A program made the translations under genes and the position numbers. From NCBI GenBank assembly GCA_009937425.1, contig JAACFO010000006.1, positions 5,196 through 69,195 of the forward strand: a stretch of DNA of 64,000 nucleotides, written 5' to 3'. The notes beneath the pieces are model-generated. The model was not told the origin of the DNA. It searched no databases and saw only the letters and a list, made by a program, of their open reading frames with translations. Below are positions 21,716 through 31,400 of this stretch, piece after piece (the first letter of the stretch is position 1; the number at the start of each line of letters is the position of its first letter). The stretch is from Gammaproteobacteria bacterium. Its GTDB lineage: Bacteria > Pseudomonadota > Gammaproteobacteria > HK1.

Positions 21716-21870
21716 GGATGCCCAGACTAACCGGCAAGGAGCCGATTGCAAGCCCGGGCGGGGTTAGTGGCTTGCACCGTTTCTGCATTACTAGTAAACG
21801 TGGGAAGTTACCGATCGGGTCTGGAAATCATCGCCTCTCGCCGCGGGGTTTGTACCGGAGGAGCTTATTC

Positions 21871-23430
21871 ATGGATACCGCTGGTTTGCACACTTTGCAG
21901 GAAATTCTGGAGTTCCGGGCGGAAACGGAGCCGGAGAGGCCCTTCGTTCATTTCGATGAAATTGACGGCCGAAGCGTCGGCTATAGCTACGCGGAATTCG
22001 ACAAAAGCGTCAATCGAACAGCACACATGCTGAAATCTCTGGGCATTGGCAACAGCGACAAAATCAACTTGCATCTCAGCAACTGCGTGGAGTTCCTGCT
22101 GTTGTGGTTCGCCGCGGCGAAGCTTGGTGCTGTCATCATGCCCACCAACGTGGCGGCGACGGCCGACGAACTCGAGTACTTGATCGGCCATTCCGAATGC
22201 CGGTTGATCTTCACCCAGCCCGGCTACCTGGATGTGGCGCGGGAAGTACAGGGCCGCTGCCCGCGGGTTGAGGCCACGGTAATCTGCGGCGGAAGTGCGA
22301 ATGCCGATACGCCAAGCTTCGACGCGCTGCATTCCTCCCAATCCGATGATCGCCCGGGTAATAACTGCGATTCCGCGGACGAGGTCGGGATCCTCTATAC
22401 CTCCGGAACCACTTCACGCCCCAAAGGCGTGCTGGTCACCAATGCCAACTACATCTACGCGGGGGAGACCGTGGCGAAGGCCCTGTGTCTCACTCCCCAA
22501 GACCGTCATCTGGTGGTGATGCCGCTTTTCCATGGCAATGCACAGTATTACTCCACCATGAGCGCGCTGGTGACGGGCGCCAGCATGGTGCTGTCATCGC
22601 GATTCAGCGCCAGCCGTTTCTTCGACCAGGCAATTCGACACCAGTGCACGGTCTCGAGCCTGTTCTCGGCGCCCATGCGCATGTTGTTGGCCCAGCCACG
22701 CCGCGAGGAACTCGTGGAGAACAACCTGCGGGCCGTGCTGTTCGCGCAGAGCGTCACCGAAGACCAGTTGGACGAGTGGCAGGTGCGCTTCGACGCACCC
22801 TTGCTGCAACTATGGGGAATGACCGAAACCATGGGTCCGCCGCTCATGAATCCCATTCATTTGCGCCGCAACAACATGAGTATGGGGCTGCCGGTGATGG
22901 GTTACCGGGTGCGCCTGGTGGACGAGCAGGGCAGCGATGTGGCGCCCGGTGAAACCGGTCAGGTCATCGTCGCCGGTGAGCCCGGTCGCACGCTCATGAA
23001 GGGATATTTGAAGAACCAGGAAGCCACCAGGGAAACCATACGCGATGGTTGGTTGTGGAGTGGCGACAATGCGCGCCAGGACCGTGAAGGTTATTTTCAT
23101 TTCGTCGATCGCGCCAAGGACATGATCAAGCGCTCCGGAGAAAACGTTGCCGCCAGCGAGGTGGAGGCGGTTATTCTGATCCACCCCGAGGTATTCGATT
23201 GCGCGGTCATCGGCGTGCCCGACCCGCTCCGGGACGAATCCATCGTCGCCGTGGTGGTGCCGGTTGAAGGAGCGTCTCTGGAGAGCGCTACGATTATTGC
23301 CTGGTGTAAAGATCGTCTGGCCAGTTTCCGAGTGCCGGAGAAGGTGGAATTTCGCCACGTGCTCCCGCGCACCTCGGTAGGCAAGATTCAAAAGCATGTG
23401 CTGCGGGCTGAAATGGTCTCTGAAAAATGA
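21871..23430 (+). CDS. AMP-dependent acyl-CoA ligase (CaiC/FadD-like adenylate-forming enzyme)
   Basis: It has the AMP-binding motif ILYTSGTTSRPKGV, GWLWSGD and the C-terminal PRTSVGKIQK. The start is set at ATG 21871, preceded by GGAGGAG. The track ORF from 21631 is an unsupported extension. Confidence 0.87.
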   Translation: MDTAGLHTLQEILEFRAETEPERPFVHFDEIDGRSVGYSYAEFDKSVNRTAHMLKSLGIGNSDKINLHLSNCVEFLLLWFAAAKLGAVIMPTNVAATADELEYLIGHSECRLIFTQPGYLDVAREVQGRCPRVEATVICGGSANADTPSFDALHSSQSDDRPGNNCDSADEVGILYTSGTTSRPKGVLVTNANYIYAGETVAKALCLTPQDRHLVVMPLFHGNAQYYSTMSALVTGASMVLSSRFSASRFFDQAIRHQCTVSSLFSAPMRMLLAQPRREELVENNLRAVLFAQSVTEDQLDEWQVRFDAPLLQLWGMTETMGPPLMNPIHLRRNNMSMGLPVMGYRVRLVDEQGSDVAPGETGQVIVAGEPGRTLMKGYLKNQEATRETIRDGWLWSGDNARQDREGYFHFVDRAKDMIKRSGENVAASEVEAVILIHPEVFDCAVIGVPDPLRDESIVAVVVPVEGASLESATIIAWCKDRLASFRVPEKVEFRHVLPRTSVGKIQKHVLRAEMVSEK

Positions 23431-23867
23431 AAAACAACGACTCCGCTCCGACTCGCGATCACTACTCGTACTTTTCCACCATCAGCACACGATGGACGGA
23501 TAACGACGTCTACGGCCACGTCAACAACGCCCTCTACTACAACTTTTTCGATACGGTAATCGCCGGGTATCTGGTCAGCGAGGGGGGCTTCGAGTTCGCT
23601 ACTACGGACGTCATCGGACTGGCGGTGGAAAGCAATTGCCGTTACCGGCGACCGCTGGCTTTTCCCCAGGACATCCAGATGGGGCTGCGTGTCGCACACC
23701 TGGGCAAATCCAGCGTGCGATACGAGGTCGGCGTGTTCGCCGGAGACGACCATCAGGCGGCTGCCGACGGCTACTTCGTGCACGTGTTCGTGCTGCGCGC
23801 GACGAACAAACCAACGCCGATACCAGATCGGCTTCGAGCGGCACTGGAGCGCCTGCGCGCCCCTTGA
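23427..23867 (+). CDS. hotdog-fold (4HBT/YbgC-like) acyl-CoA thioesterase
   Basis: The 146-aa ORF has RWTDNDVYGHVNNALYYNFFD, typical of 4HBT thioesterases. It has an ATGA overlap with the ligase stop. Confidence 0.75.
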   Translation: MKNNDSAPTRDHYSYFSTISTRWTDNDVYGHVNNALYYNFFDTVIAGYLVSEGGFEFATTDVIGLAVESNCRYRRPLAFPQDIQMGLRVAHLGKSSVRYEVGVFAGDDHQAAADGYFVHVFVLRATNKPTPIPDRLRAALERLRAP

Positions 23868-26444
23868 TCAGTCCAGCAGTGCTTTCAGTTTGTACAGCGT
23901 CTCCAGGGCTTCCCGTGGTGACATGCTGTCCGGGTCTACAGCGTCCATGAGTTCGTGGAAACGCCGGTCCACGGGAGGCGCAGGATCGGCGCGCTCGAAG
24001 AGCGGCATCTGACCCTGACCGTCGGCTGCCGTGCGCGTGTTCGAATCGGCTTCCAGGGATTCGAGCATGCTGCGCGCATCCTCTATGACGGCGGGTGGCA
24101 CGCCGGCGAGCGCCGCCACCTGCAGCCCGTAGCTGCGATTCGCCGGGCCATTTCGCACGCGATGCATGAAAACGATGCGGTTGGCGTGTTCCAGGGCTTC
24201 CAGGTGCACGTTTGCCACCCCTTGGAACTGCTCCGGCAGGGCCGTGAGCTCGAAGTAGTGGGTGGCGAACAGCGTGAACGCGCCGACCCCGCCGGCCAGA
24301 TGCGCGGCGCATGCCCAGGCCAGCGACAAGCCATCGTAGGTACTGGTGCCGCGCCCGATTTCGTCCAACAGCACCAGGCTTTGCGGCGTGGCGTTGTTGA
24401 GTATATTGGCTGCCTCTACCATCTCGACCATGAAAGTGGAGCGGCCGCCGGCGAGATCGTCGGCGGCGCCGATGCGTGTAAACACGCGATCCACCGGTCC
24501 GATGACGGCACTTTCCGCCGGCACGTAGCTGCCCACGTGGGCGAGTAACACGATAAGCGCCGTTTGCCGCATGAGCGTCGATTTGCCGCCCATGTTGGGT
24601 CCGGTAATCACCAGCATGCGGCATTCCTCGCCCAGGCTCAGGTCGTTGGGGACGAACGGTTCGTCCAGCACCTGTTCGACCACCGGATGCCGGCCGGCGG
24701 TGATGGCGATGCCCGGCGTGTCGGTGAGTTCCGGCTCCCGGTAACCGAGAGTCTCGGCGCGTTCGGCGAAGGTGTTGAGCACGTCCAGGCGGGCAAGGTT
24801 TTGCGCGCAGGACTGCAACGCCGGGAGTTGCCCGCCCAGGCGCGTCAGCGCTTCGTCGTAAAGGTGGCGCTCCCGTGACAGCGCCCGCTCCCTGGCACTC
24901 AGCACCGTGTCTTCGAAGGCTTTGAGTTCCTCGGTGATGTAACGCTCGGTGCTCTTGAGGGTCTGGCGGCGCCGGTACTGTGTGGGGACCTTGTCGGCAT
25001 GGCTGCGTCCGAGCTCGATATAGTAGCCGTGCACGCGGTTATATCCGACTTTGAGGGTCGCGACGCCGGTGCGTTGCCGTTCCCGGGACTCCAGCTCGCG
25101 TAAGAAGGAATCGGCGTCGCAGGAAAGGCGCCGTAATTCATCGAGTTCACCGTCGTAGCCGGGGGCAATGACGCCGCCGTCGCGCAACAACACGGGCGGG
25201 CTCTCCACGATGGCTTGGCGCAACCAGGCGCTGGTGTCGGGAAACTCGCCGATGGCAACCAGTAACTCTCCCAGAAGGGGGCTGTCCACGGGAGCAAGGG
25301 TTGCGTGCAGAGCGGGCAGGCGCTCGAGAGCGGCGCCGAGCTGGGACAGGTCCCTGGGCCGCGCCGAGCGCAGGGCCACCCGCGAGAGGATGCGCTCGAG
25401 ATCGCCCATGTCGCGCATTGCTTCGTGAAGGACGCCGGCGACGCCGGCGCTGATGAGGGCGCCAACACACTGATGGCGGTGACGCAGCCTGTCATGATCC
25501 CGCAACGGGCGGCCCAGCCAGCGGCGCAGGCAGCGCCCGCCCATGGGGGTGGCGGTGCGGTCGAGCACATCCACGAGCGCCCGGCCCTGTTCGCCGGAAA
25601 GGCTTGCCGTCAGCTCCAGATTGCGCCGCGACACGGCGTCCAGAACGATGCCGTCTTCGCGCCGCTCCAGGCGCAGCCCCTGCACGTGGGGGAGCGCTCC
25701 CCGTTGTGTATCTTTGACGTACTGCAACAGGCAGCCGGCGGCGGCGATGGCGCGATGGGCGGATTCGCAACCGAAGCCGGCGAGATCCCGGGTGCCGAAC
25801 TGTGCCGTGAGCAAATCCCGCGCCGCGCCTTCCTCGAAATACCACGGCGGCAGCTTCTGTACGCTGGCACCCTGGCCGAGCTCGGCCAGGTCTTCGGCAT
25901 CCTCGCTGAGCAGCACTTCCGCCGGTTCGATACGCTGCAGCTCGGCGGCGAGGGCCTCCCGCCCGCTGACCTCCATGCACACGAAGCGGCCGCTGGCGAG
26001 CTCCAGGCGCGCGATTCCAAATTCGTCTGCCTGCTGAAACAACGCGCACACCAGCGCTTCCCGGCGCTCATCGAGCAGTGCGTCGTCGGTGACGGTGCCC
26101 GGGGTGACGATGCGCGTAACCTGACGCTCCACCGGTCCGCGGCTGGTGGCCGGATCGCCGATCTGCTCACAAATGGCGGCGGATTCGCCGCTGCGCAGCA
26201 GCCTGGCCAGATAGGCCTCGACAGCATGGGCGGGCACACCGGCCATGGGGATCGGCGCGCCGTTGGCCTGGCCGCGGGAGGTCAGGGCGATATCCAGCAG
26301 GCGGGCCGCCTTGCGGGCATCGTCAAAAAACAGCTCGTAGAAGTCTCCCATACGGTAGAAGAGCAGCGTGTCGGGGTACTCAGCCTTGATACGCAGGTAC
26401 TGCTGAATGACCGGGGAATGGGAGGGATCGGGGGCGCGCGTCAT
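23868..26444 (-). CDS. mutS: DNA mismatch repair protein MutS
   Basis: It has [29 protein letters not shown] and the Walker [12 protein letters not shown]. The start is set at ATG 26444 by length match to the E. coli N-terminus. GTG 26498 and ATG 26480 are alternatives. Confidence 0.95.
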   Translation of the reverse strand: MTRAPDPSHSPVIQQYLRIKAEYPDTLLFYRMGDFYELFFDDARKAARLLDIALTSRGQANGAPIPMAGVPAHAVEAYLARLLRSGESAAICEQIGDPATSRGPVERQVTRIVTPGTVTDDALLDERREALVCALFQQADEFGIARLELASGRFVCMEVSGREALAAELQRIEPAEVLLSEDAEDLAELGQGASVQKLPPWYFEEGAARDLLTAQFGTRDLAGFGCESAHRAIAAAGCLLQYVKDTQRGALPHVQGLRLERREDGIVLDAVSRRNLELTASLSGEQGRALVDVLDRTATPMGGRCLRRWLGRPLRDHDRLRHRHQCVGALISAGVAGVLHEAMRDMGDLERILSRVALRSARPRDLSQLGAALERLPALHATLAPVDSPLLGELLVAIGEFPDTSAWLRQAIVESPPVLLRDGGVIAPGYDGELDELRRLSCDADSFLRELESRERQRTGVATLKVGYNRVHGYYIELGRSHADKVPTQYRRRQTLKSTERYITEELKAFEDTVLSARERALSRERHLYDEALTRLGGQLPALQSCAQNLARLDVLNTFAERAETLGYREPELTDTPGIAITAGRHPVVEQVLDEPFVPNDLSLGEECRMLVITGPNMGGKSTLMRQTALIVLLAHVGSYVPAESAVIGPVDRVFTRIGAADDLAGGRSTFMVEMVEAANILNNATPQSLVLLDEIGRGTSTYDGLSLAWACAAHLAGGVGAFTLFATHYFELTALPEQFQGVANVHLEALEHANRIVFMHRVRNGPANRSYGLQVAALAGVPPAVIEDARSMLESLEADSNTRTAADGQGQMPLFERADPAPPVDRRFHELMDAVDPDSMSPREALETLYKLKALLD

Positions 26445-26508
26445 CGGTGGCAGTGTAACCAAAGGCGATCCGGCGCGCATACCCGGCGCACCCGTCACCG
26501 CGCCCTTG

Positions 26509-26537
26509 CCTTGAATTGGCGGAAAACGCCCGCATGA
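26509..26537 (+). promoter_or_regulatory. candidate sigma-32 (heat-shock) promoter of htpG
   Basis: The sequence is CCTTGAAT, then a 12-13 nt spacer, then CCCGCATGA, about 58 nt upstream of the htpG ATG. It resembles the RpoH consensus CTTGAAA-N13-15-CCCCATNT. This is an eye match only. Confidence 0.4.
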
Positions 26538-26594
26538 TCCTGGCTGATCCCGTATTCAGCCGCGCCCATTCACCGTCAGGAGCAGTATCAGGCC

Positions 26595-28616
26595 ATGAGC
26601 GTCGAGACCGCCAAAGAAACCCGCAGCTTTCAGACCGAGGCCCGGCAGCTGCTGGACCTCATGATCCACTCCCTTTACAGCCACAAGGAAGTATTCCTGC
26701 GCGAGCTTATTTCCAATTCCTCGGATGCCTGCGACAAGCTGCGCTTCGAAGCGCTTTCCGACGAGTCCCTGTATGAAGGCGATGGTGAGCTCGCCATTCA
26801 CGTGGAGTACGACGACAAGGCCCGGACCATTACGGTTCGCGACAACGGCATCGGCATGAGCCGCGAGGAGATCATCGAGAATCTCGGAACGATTGCAAGA
26901 TCCGGCACCCGCCAGTTTTTCGAGGCGCTCACCGGCGACCAGGCCAAGGACTCCGAGCTCATCGGCCAGTTCGGCGTCGGCTTCTATGCGAGTTTTATGG
27001 TGGCCGACCAGATCACCGTTACGACCCGCCGGGCGGGTCTGGCGAGAGACGAGGGTGTGCGTTGGGAATCCCGCGGTGAAGGTGATTTCACCGTGGAGTC
27101 GGTGGAGGCGCCGAAGCGCGGTACCCGGGTCGTATTGCACTTGCGTGACGGCGAGGACGAAAACGAATTCCTCGATAGCGGGCGTCTGCGCTCGGTAGTC
27201 CATCGTTACTCCGATCACATCTCCTTTCCAGTCAAGATGCTCAAGCAGGGAGAAGACGAGACAGGCGAAGAGACCGTCAATACGGCGACTGCACTGTGGA
27301 CGCGTACCAAGGCGGAGATCAGCGACGAAGAGTACAGCGAGTTCTACAAGCATATCGCCCACGATTTCGACGACCCGTTGGTGCACCTGCACAGCCGCGT
27401 CGAGGGAAACCTCGAGTACACGTCGCTGCTGTACATCCCCAAGCACGCGCCCTTTGATCTCTGGGATCGCAACGTCCGCCGAGGGGTGAATCTCTACGTG
27501 CGTCGCGTTTTCATCATGGACGACGCCGAGCAGCTCATGCCTCCTTACCTGCGCTTCGTGCGCGGCGTGATCGACTCTGCCGACCTGCCGTTGAACGTTT
27601 CCCGGGAGATTCTGCAAAAGAATCGCCAGATCGACGCCATGCGAGCGGGGTCGGTGAAGAAGATACTGGATCTGCTCGCTAAGCTCGCCAAGGACGACAC
27701 GGAGAAGTTTGCAATCTTCTGGCGCGAATTCGGCAAAGTGTTCAAGGAAGGCCTTATCGATGATCCGAAGAACAAAGACAGCATCGCCGATCTGCTGCGT
27801 TTCGCGAGCACCCAAACGGATGCAAGCGAGCATACGGTTTCCCTCGCCGATTATGTGGACCGATTGAAGGAAGGCCAGGAGCTTATCTACTACATCACGG
27901 CGGACAGCCACGCGACAGCCGTCAGCAGCCCGCACCTGGAGATTTTCCGTAAAAAGGGCATGGAGGTGTTGCTGCTCAGCGACGAGATCGACGAGTGGAT
28001 GGTGAACCATCTGCAGGAGTACAAGGGCAGGCAATTGCGCTCGGTGACCAAGGGTGAGTTGGATGCGGCACTCGCCAGTGGCGATAAAGAGCCCGAGGCC
28101 GACCAGGGGCGGGATCACGATGAGCTGCTCAAGTCTTTCGAGGCCGCCCTCGGCCAGCGGGTCAAGGCGGTGCGCGTCACCAATCGCCTGACCACATCGC
28201 CCGCCTGCCTGGTCGCCGATGACAACGAACTGGGTGGCCACCTGGAGCGCCTGTTGAAGGCGGCCGGTCAGGACGTTCCCAATGCCCAACCGATCATGGA
28301 AATCAACCCCGAGCACGTTCTGGTCACGCGCTTCGCCGGTGAGGCGGATGAGCAGCGCCGGGAGGACTGGGCTAATATTCTTTTTGACCAGGCCCTTCTC
28401 AGCGAGGGCGGTCGCCTGCCGGATCCGGCGGGCTTCGTCAGGCGCCTGAACGAGATGTTCCTGGCGGTGGCCGGCGAGGCCGCCACCAGACCCGCCGCTG
28501 GAAAGAGGGCCTCCCCAGGGCGCAAAAAGGCCAGCAAAGCGGCTAAATCCGGTGCTGGCGGCGCCAGGACGGCCAAGCGGGGATCGGCTAAAAAGAAGGC
28601 CCCTTCCGGCAGCTGA
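26595..28616 (+). CDS. htpG: molecular chaperone HtpG (Hsp90) with an extra basic C-terminal tail
   Basis: It has the GHKL ATPase motifs [11 protein letters not shown] and GQFGVGFYS. The 673-aa length is about 50 aa longer than E. coli HtpG. Confidence 0.95.
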   Translation: MSVETAKETRSFQTEARQLLDLMIHSLYSHKEVFLRELISNSSDACDKLRFEALSDESLYEGDGELAIHVEYDDKARTITVRDNGIGMSREEIIENLGTIARSGTRQFFEALTGDQAKDSELIGQFGVGFYASFMVADQITVTTRRAGLARDEGVRWESRGEGDFTVESVEAPKRGTRVVLHLRDGEDENEFLDSGRLRSVVHRYSDHISFPVKMLKQGEDETGEETVNTATALWTRTKAEISDEEYSEFYKHIAHDFDDPLVHLHSRVEGNLEYTSLLYIPKHAPFDLWDRNVRRGVNLYVRRVFIMDDAEQLMPPYLRFVRGVIDSADLPLNVSREILQKNRQIDAMRAGSVKKILDLLAKLAKDDTEKFAIFWREFGKVFKEGLIDDPKNKDSIADLLRFASTQTDASEHTVSLADYVDRLKEGQELIYYITADSHATAVSSPHLEIFRKKGMEVLLLSDEIDEWMVNHLQEYKGRQLRSVTKGELDAALASGDKEPEADQGRDHDELLKSFEAALGQRVKAVRVTNRLTTSPACLVADDNELGGHLERLLKAAGQDVPNAQPIMEINPEHVLVTRFAGEADEQRREDWANILFDQALLSEGGRLPDPAGFVRRLNEMFLAVAGEAATRPAAGKRASPGRKKASKAAKSGAGGARTAKRGSAKKKAPSGS

Positions 28617-28805
28617 GGAATCGGGCTCCCTAAAAAAGGGCCCAAATTGCCTACCGTGACACGGAATCGGCGCCCGTAGCGCCCATCACACTGGAAAGTG
28701 TGTGAACCTGGTCACTATGGCTGGGAAATAGCGGCTGCTACACTGGCTCCACGCGGGATAAGGCCTGAGCCAACAATCATAAGGCCCCTAATCGGCAAGC
28801 GGGTT

Positions 28806-30479
28806 ATGCCCAACGCAGACAACACAGCTTTCGAGTCCATCAGAGCCCTTTCGGCGGTGGGGATAGCCCTTTCCGCGGAGAAAGATGAGCGCTGTTTGTT
28901 GGAACTCATCGTCCAGAGCGCGAAACAGCTCACGAATGCCGACGGCGGCACTTTCTACTCCCGTACCGACGACGACGAGCTGAAATTCGAGATCATGCAC
29001 ACGGACACCCTGGGCGTTCACATGGGCGGTACCAGCGGTATCCCCATCGATCTTCCCAATGTGCCTCTCTACGACGAGCAAGGCGAGCCGAATCACAAAA
29101 TGGTGGCCGCCAAGGCCGCGGTCACCGGCGAGACGGTCAACATCCGCGATGCCTATAACGCCCCCGATTTCGATTTTTCCGGCACCCGCGCTTTTGACGA
29201 AACAACCGGTTACCGATCCAAGTCTTTTCTTACCGTGCCACTGCGCAGCCACGAGGACGAAGTCATCGGTGTGCTGCAGCTCATCAACGCGGTAAGCCGC
29301 GACTCCGGCGGTCTCGTTCCGTTCAGCGTCGCCGATCAGGAGCTGGTCATGTCGCTGGCGTCTCAGGCCGCCACGGTGTTGACCAAGGAACGGCTCATCA
29401 AGGAGCACCGTACGCTCTTTGAATCATTCATCGAGTTGATCGCCGCGGCCATTGACGACAAGTCACCGTATACCGGGGGCCATTGCCGCCGGGTACCCGA
29501 GCTGACACTGATGCTCGCCGACGCGGCGGCGGAAACCCAGTACGGTCCTCTCAAAGATTTCGCGATGACCGAGGACGATCGCTACGAGTTGAAGATTGCC
29601 GGCTGGTTGCATGACTGCGGCAAGGTGACGAGCCCGGAGCACGTGGTCGACAAGTCCACCAAGCTCGAGACGATTTTCGATCGTATCCATATGGTCAACA
29701 CCCGCTTCGAAGTGCTGAAGCGCGATGCCGAAATCCGCGTACTCAAACAAAAGCTCGAAGCCAGGGAAAAGGGCAAACGGATCAACGAAAAGAAGCTGGA
29801 CAAAGCATTGGCCGGCGAGCTCGAACAGCTGGACAGGGATCGCGAGTTCCTGAATGTTTGTAATGTCGGCAGTGAGTCCATGGCCAAGAAGGATCAGGAG
29901 CGCGTGGAGCGCATCGGCGCCTACCTGTGGGTCAATAGCGATGACGAGGAAATCAGTTTCCTGACCGACGATGAAACCAACAACCTGAATATCGAGAAAG
30001 GTACGCTGACTTCCGAAGAGCGGGAGATCATCAATCACCACATCGTCGCCACCATCAAGATGCTCGAATCGCTACCGTACCCGAAACATCTGCGCCGGGT
30101 GCCGGAGTTCGCCGGCGGTCACCACGAGAAGATGGATGGCACCGGTTATCCGCGCGGCCTGACCCGGGATGAGATGTCGGTGCAGGCGCGGGTCATGGGC
30201 ATCGCGGACATTTTCGAGGCACTGACCGCCGACGACCGGCCCTACAAACCGGCAATGCCGATTTCCGAGGCTCTTCAGGTTCTCGGCCGGATGAAGTCGA
30301 ACAACCATATCGACCCGGATCTCTTCGATGTGTTCGTGCGCAAGAAGGTATACTTGCGCTACGCTCAGCAGTTCCTGGAGCCGAGGCAGATCGATCACGT
30401 GGACGTTAGCAAGATACCTGGCTACGAGACGCTGGCCGACGAGATCCAGAGAAAGACGGCGAATATGGGGGGGGGATAA
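28806..30479 (+). CDS. GAF-domain HD-GYP c-di-GMP phosphodiesterase-type protein
   Basis: It has an N-terminal GAF-like region (...FLTVPLRSHEDEVIGVLQLINA). The HD motif is GWLHDCGKV and the HD-GYP signature is HHEKMDGTGYPRGL. The start is set at ATG 28806. Confidence 0.85.
   Translation: MPNADNTAFESIRALSAVGIALSAEKDERCLLELIVQSAKQLTNADGGTFYSRTDDDELKFEIMHTDTLGVHMGGTSGIPIDLPNVPLYDEQGEPNHKMVAAKAAVTGETVNIRDAYNAPDFDFSGTRAFDETTGYRSKSFLTVPLRSHEDEVIGVLQLINAVSRDSGGLVPFSVADQELVMSLASQAATVLTKERLIKEHRTLFESFIELIAAAIDDKSPYTGGHCRRVPELTLMLADAAAETQYGPLKDFAMTEDDRYELKIAGWLHDCGKVTSPEHVVDKSTKLETIFDRIHMVNTRFEVLKRDAEIRVLKQKLEAREKGKRINEKKLDKALAGELEQLDRDREFLNVCNVGSESMAKKDQERVERIGAYLWVNSDDEEISFLTDDETNNLNIEKGTLTSEEREIINHHIVATIKMLESLPYPKHLRRVPEFAGGHHEKMDGTGYPRGLTRDEMSVQARVMGIADIFEALTADDRPYKPAMPISEALQVLGRMKSNNHIDPDLFDVFVRKKVYLRYAQQFLEPRQIDHVDVSKIPGYETLADEIQRKTANMGGG
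30467..30475. repeat. G9 homopolymer at the very 3' end of the HD-GYP gene
   Basis: Nine consecutive G residues encode the terminal Gly-Gly-Gly, 2 nt before the TAA stop. Confidence 0.95.
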
Positions 30480-31400
30480 CTGCCCGACGCCGAATTCGCA
30501 TTTGACGCCCTGGCGCGATCCGCCGCCAGGGATCTCCACAGCATCCGGGATTTCATCCGTTGGGGCGCCAGCCGCTTCGCCGAGGCAGAGCTTTGCTACG
30601 CTCACGGCACGGATAATCCCGTCGACGAAGCCATGGGCCTGGTGCTCCACGCCGTCAGTCTGGAACCCGATGTCCCGCAAGAACTGCTGCTTTCGCGCCT
30701 GACCGCCGAGGAGAAGGAGCGCATTCTGATGCTCTTTTCCCGGCGTATCAGCCAGCGTGTTCCGGCTGCCTACCTCACCGGACAGGCCTGGTTCGCGGGA
30801 CTCAGCATGCGGGTCGATAGTCGCGTCCTGATTCCCCGTTCTCCCATCGCGGAGCTCATCGAAGCAGGCTTTCAACCCTGGGTCGATCCGGATTCCCTGG
30901 CGAGGGTACTCGACGTCGGCACGGGCAGTGGTTGTATCGCCATTGCCTGCGCCGTTCATCTGCCACATGTGCAGGTGGACGCCACCGACGTATCCAGCGA
31001 CGCTCTGGAAGTTGCGCACATCAACGTGCAGGAGCACGGGGTTGGTGATCGCGTGCGGCTGTTCATCTCGGACGGCCTGGATGCGGTCCGCGGTCCTTAT
31101 GATCTAATCGTCAGCAATCCCCCTTACGTGGATGCCCACGACATGGACTCCCTGCCAGAGGAGTTTCGCCACGAGCCGAGCATGGGACTGGCCGCCGGCG
31201 AAGATGGTCTCGACGTCGTCAGCGGGCTGCTGGAGCACGCCGCCGAGCATTTGAGCGATGCCGGTGTGCTGATAGTGGAGGTAGGTGCCAGCCGCCCGGC
31301 GCTCACAGCCCGTTACCCGCACCTGCCCTTTCTGTGGCCGGAGTTCGCCCGCGGCGGCGACAACGTATTCCTGTTGACCGCCGCCGACCTGCGCGGATAA
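30480..31400 (+). CDS. prmB: ribosomal protein uL3 glutamine N5-methyltransferase PrmB; 5' boundary non-canonical
   Basis: It has NPPYV, DVGTGSGCIAIA and AYLTGQAWFAG. PrmB-like residues (IRDFIRWGASRF...YAHGTDNPVDEA) are encoded upstream of the first ATG (30633), back to the CTG at 30480 that directly follows the upstream TAA. Confidence 0.8.
   Translation: MPDAEFAFDALARSAARDLHSIRDFIRWGASRFAEAELCYAHGTDNPVDEAMGLVLHAVSLEPDVPQELLLSRLTAEEKERILMLFSRRISQRVPAAYLTGQAWFAGLSMRVDSRVLIPRSPIAELIEAGFQPWVDPDSLARVLDVGTGSGCIAIACAVHLPHVQVDATDVSSDALEVAHINVQEHGVGDRVRLFISDGLDAVRGPYDLIVSNPPYVDAHDMDSLPEEFRHEPSMGLAAGEDGLDVVSGLLEHAAEHLSDAGVLIVEVGASRPALTARYPHLPFLWPEFARGGDNVFLLTAADLRG

Noticed and set aside
21631-21870. 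An 80-codon N-terminal extension of the acyl-CoA ligase ORF. Similar track extensions occur at 39354-39458 (the RpfE-like ORF overlapping thrC), 41800-41961 (Crp), 41864-41953 (recJ) and 21156-21605 (anti-sigma).
   Set aside because: The extensions are Arg/Pro-rich and overlap neighbouring genes or divergent promoters. Internal ATGs with good Shine-Dalgarno sequences and homology-consistent N-termini exist.
26556-28316. Very long ORFs antisense to, or frame-shifted within, strong housekeeping genes. Examples: 586 aa opposite htpG, 394-1395(-) opposite murF, 14870-15886(-) opposite secA, 36975-38312(-) opposite hom, 52493-53983(+) opposite argG, 25305-26537(+) opposite mutS and 42554-43666(-) opposite recJ.
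   Set aside because: These are typical high-GC shadow ORFs. Their translations are Arg/Ala/Gly/Pro-rich with no recognisable motifs. Each is fully covered by a gene with unambiguous family signatures on the other strand or frame.
30467-30475. The G9 tract as a slipped-strand phase-variation switch fusing the HD-GYP protein to PrmB.
   Set aside because: I translated the -1 and +1 G variants. G8 runs into a 75-codon junk frame ending at 30702, and G10 stops after about 10 codons. Neither enters the prmB frame, which is already the same frame as HD-GYP and is blocked only by TAA. The tract is kept as a sequencing-error caveat only.
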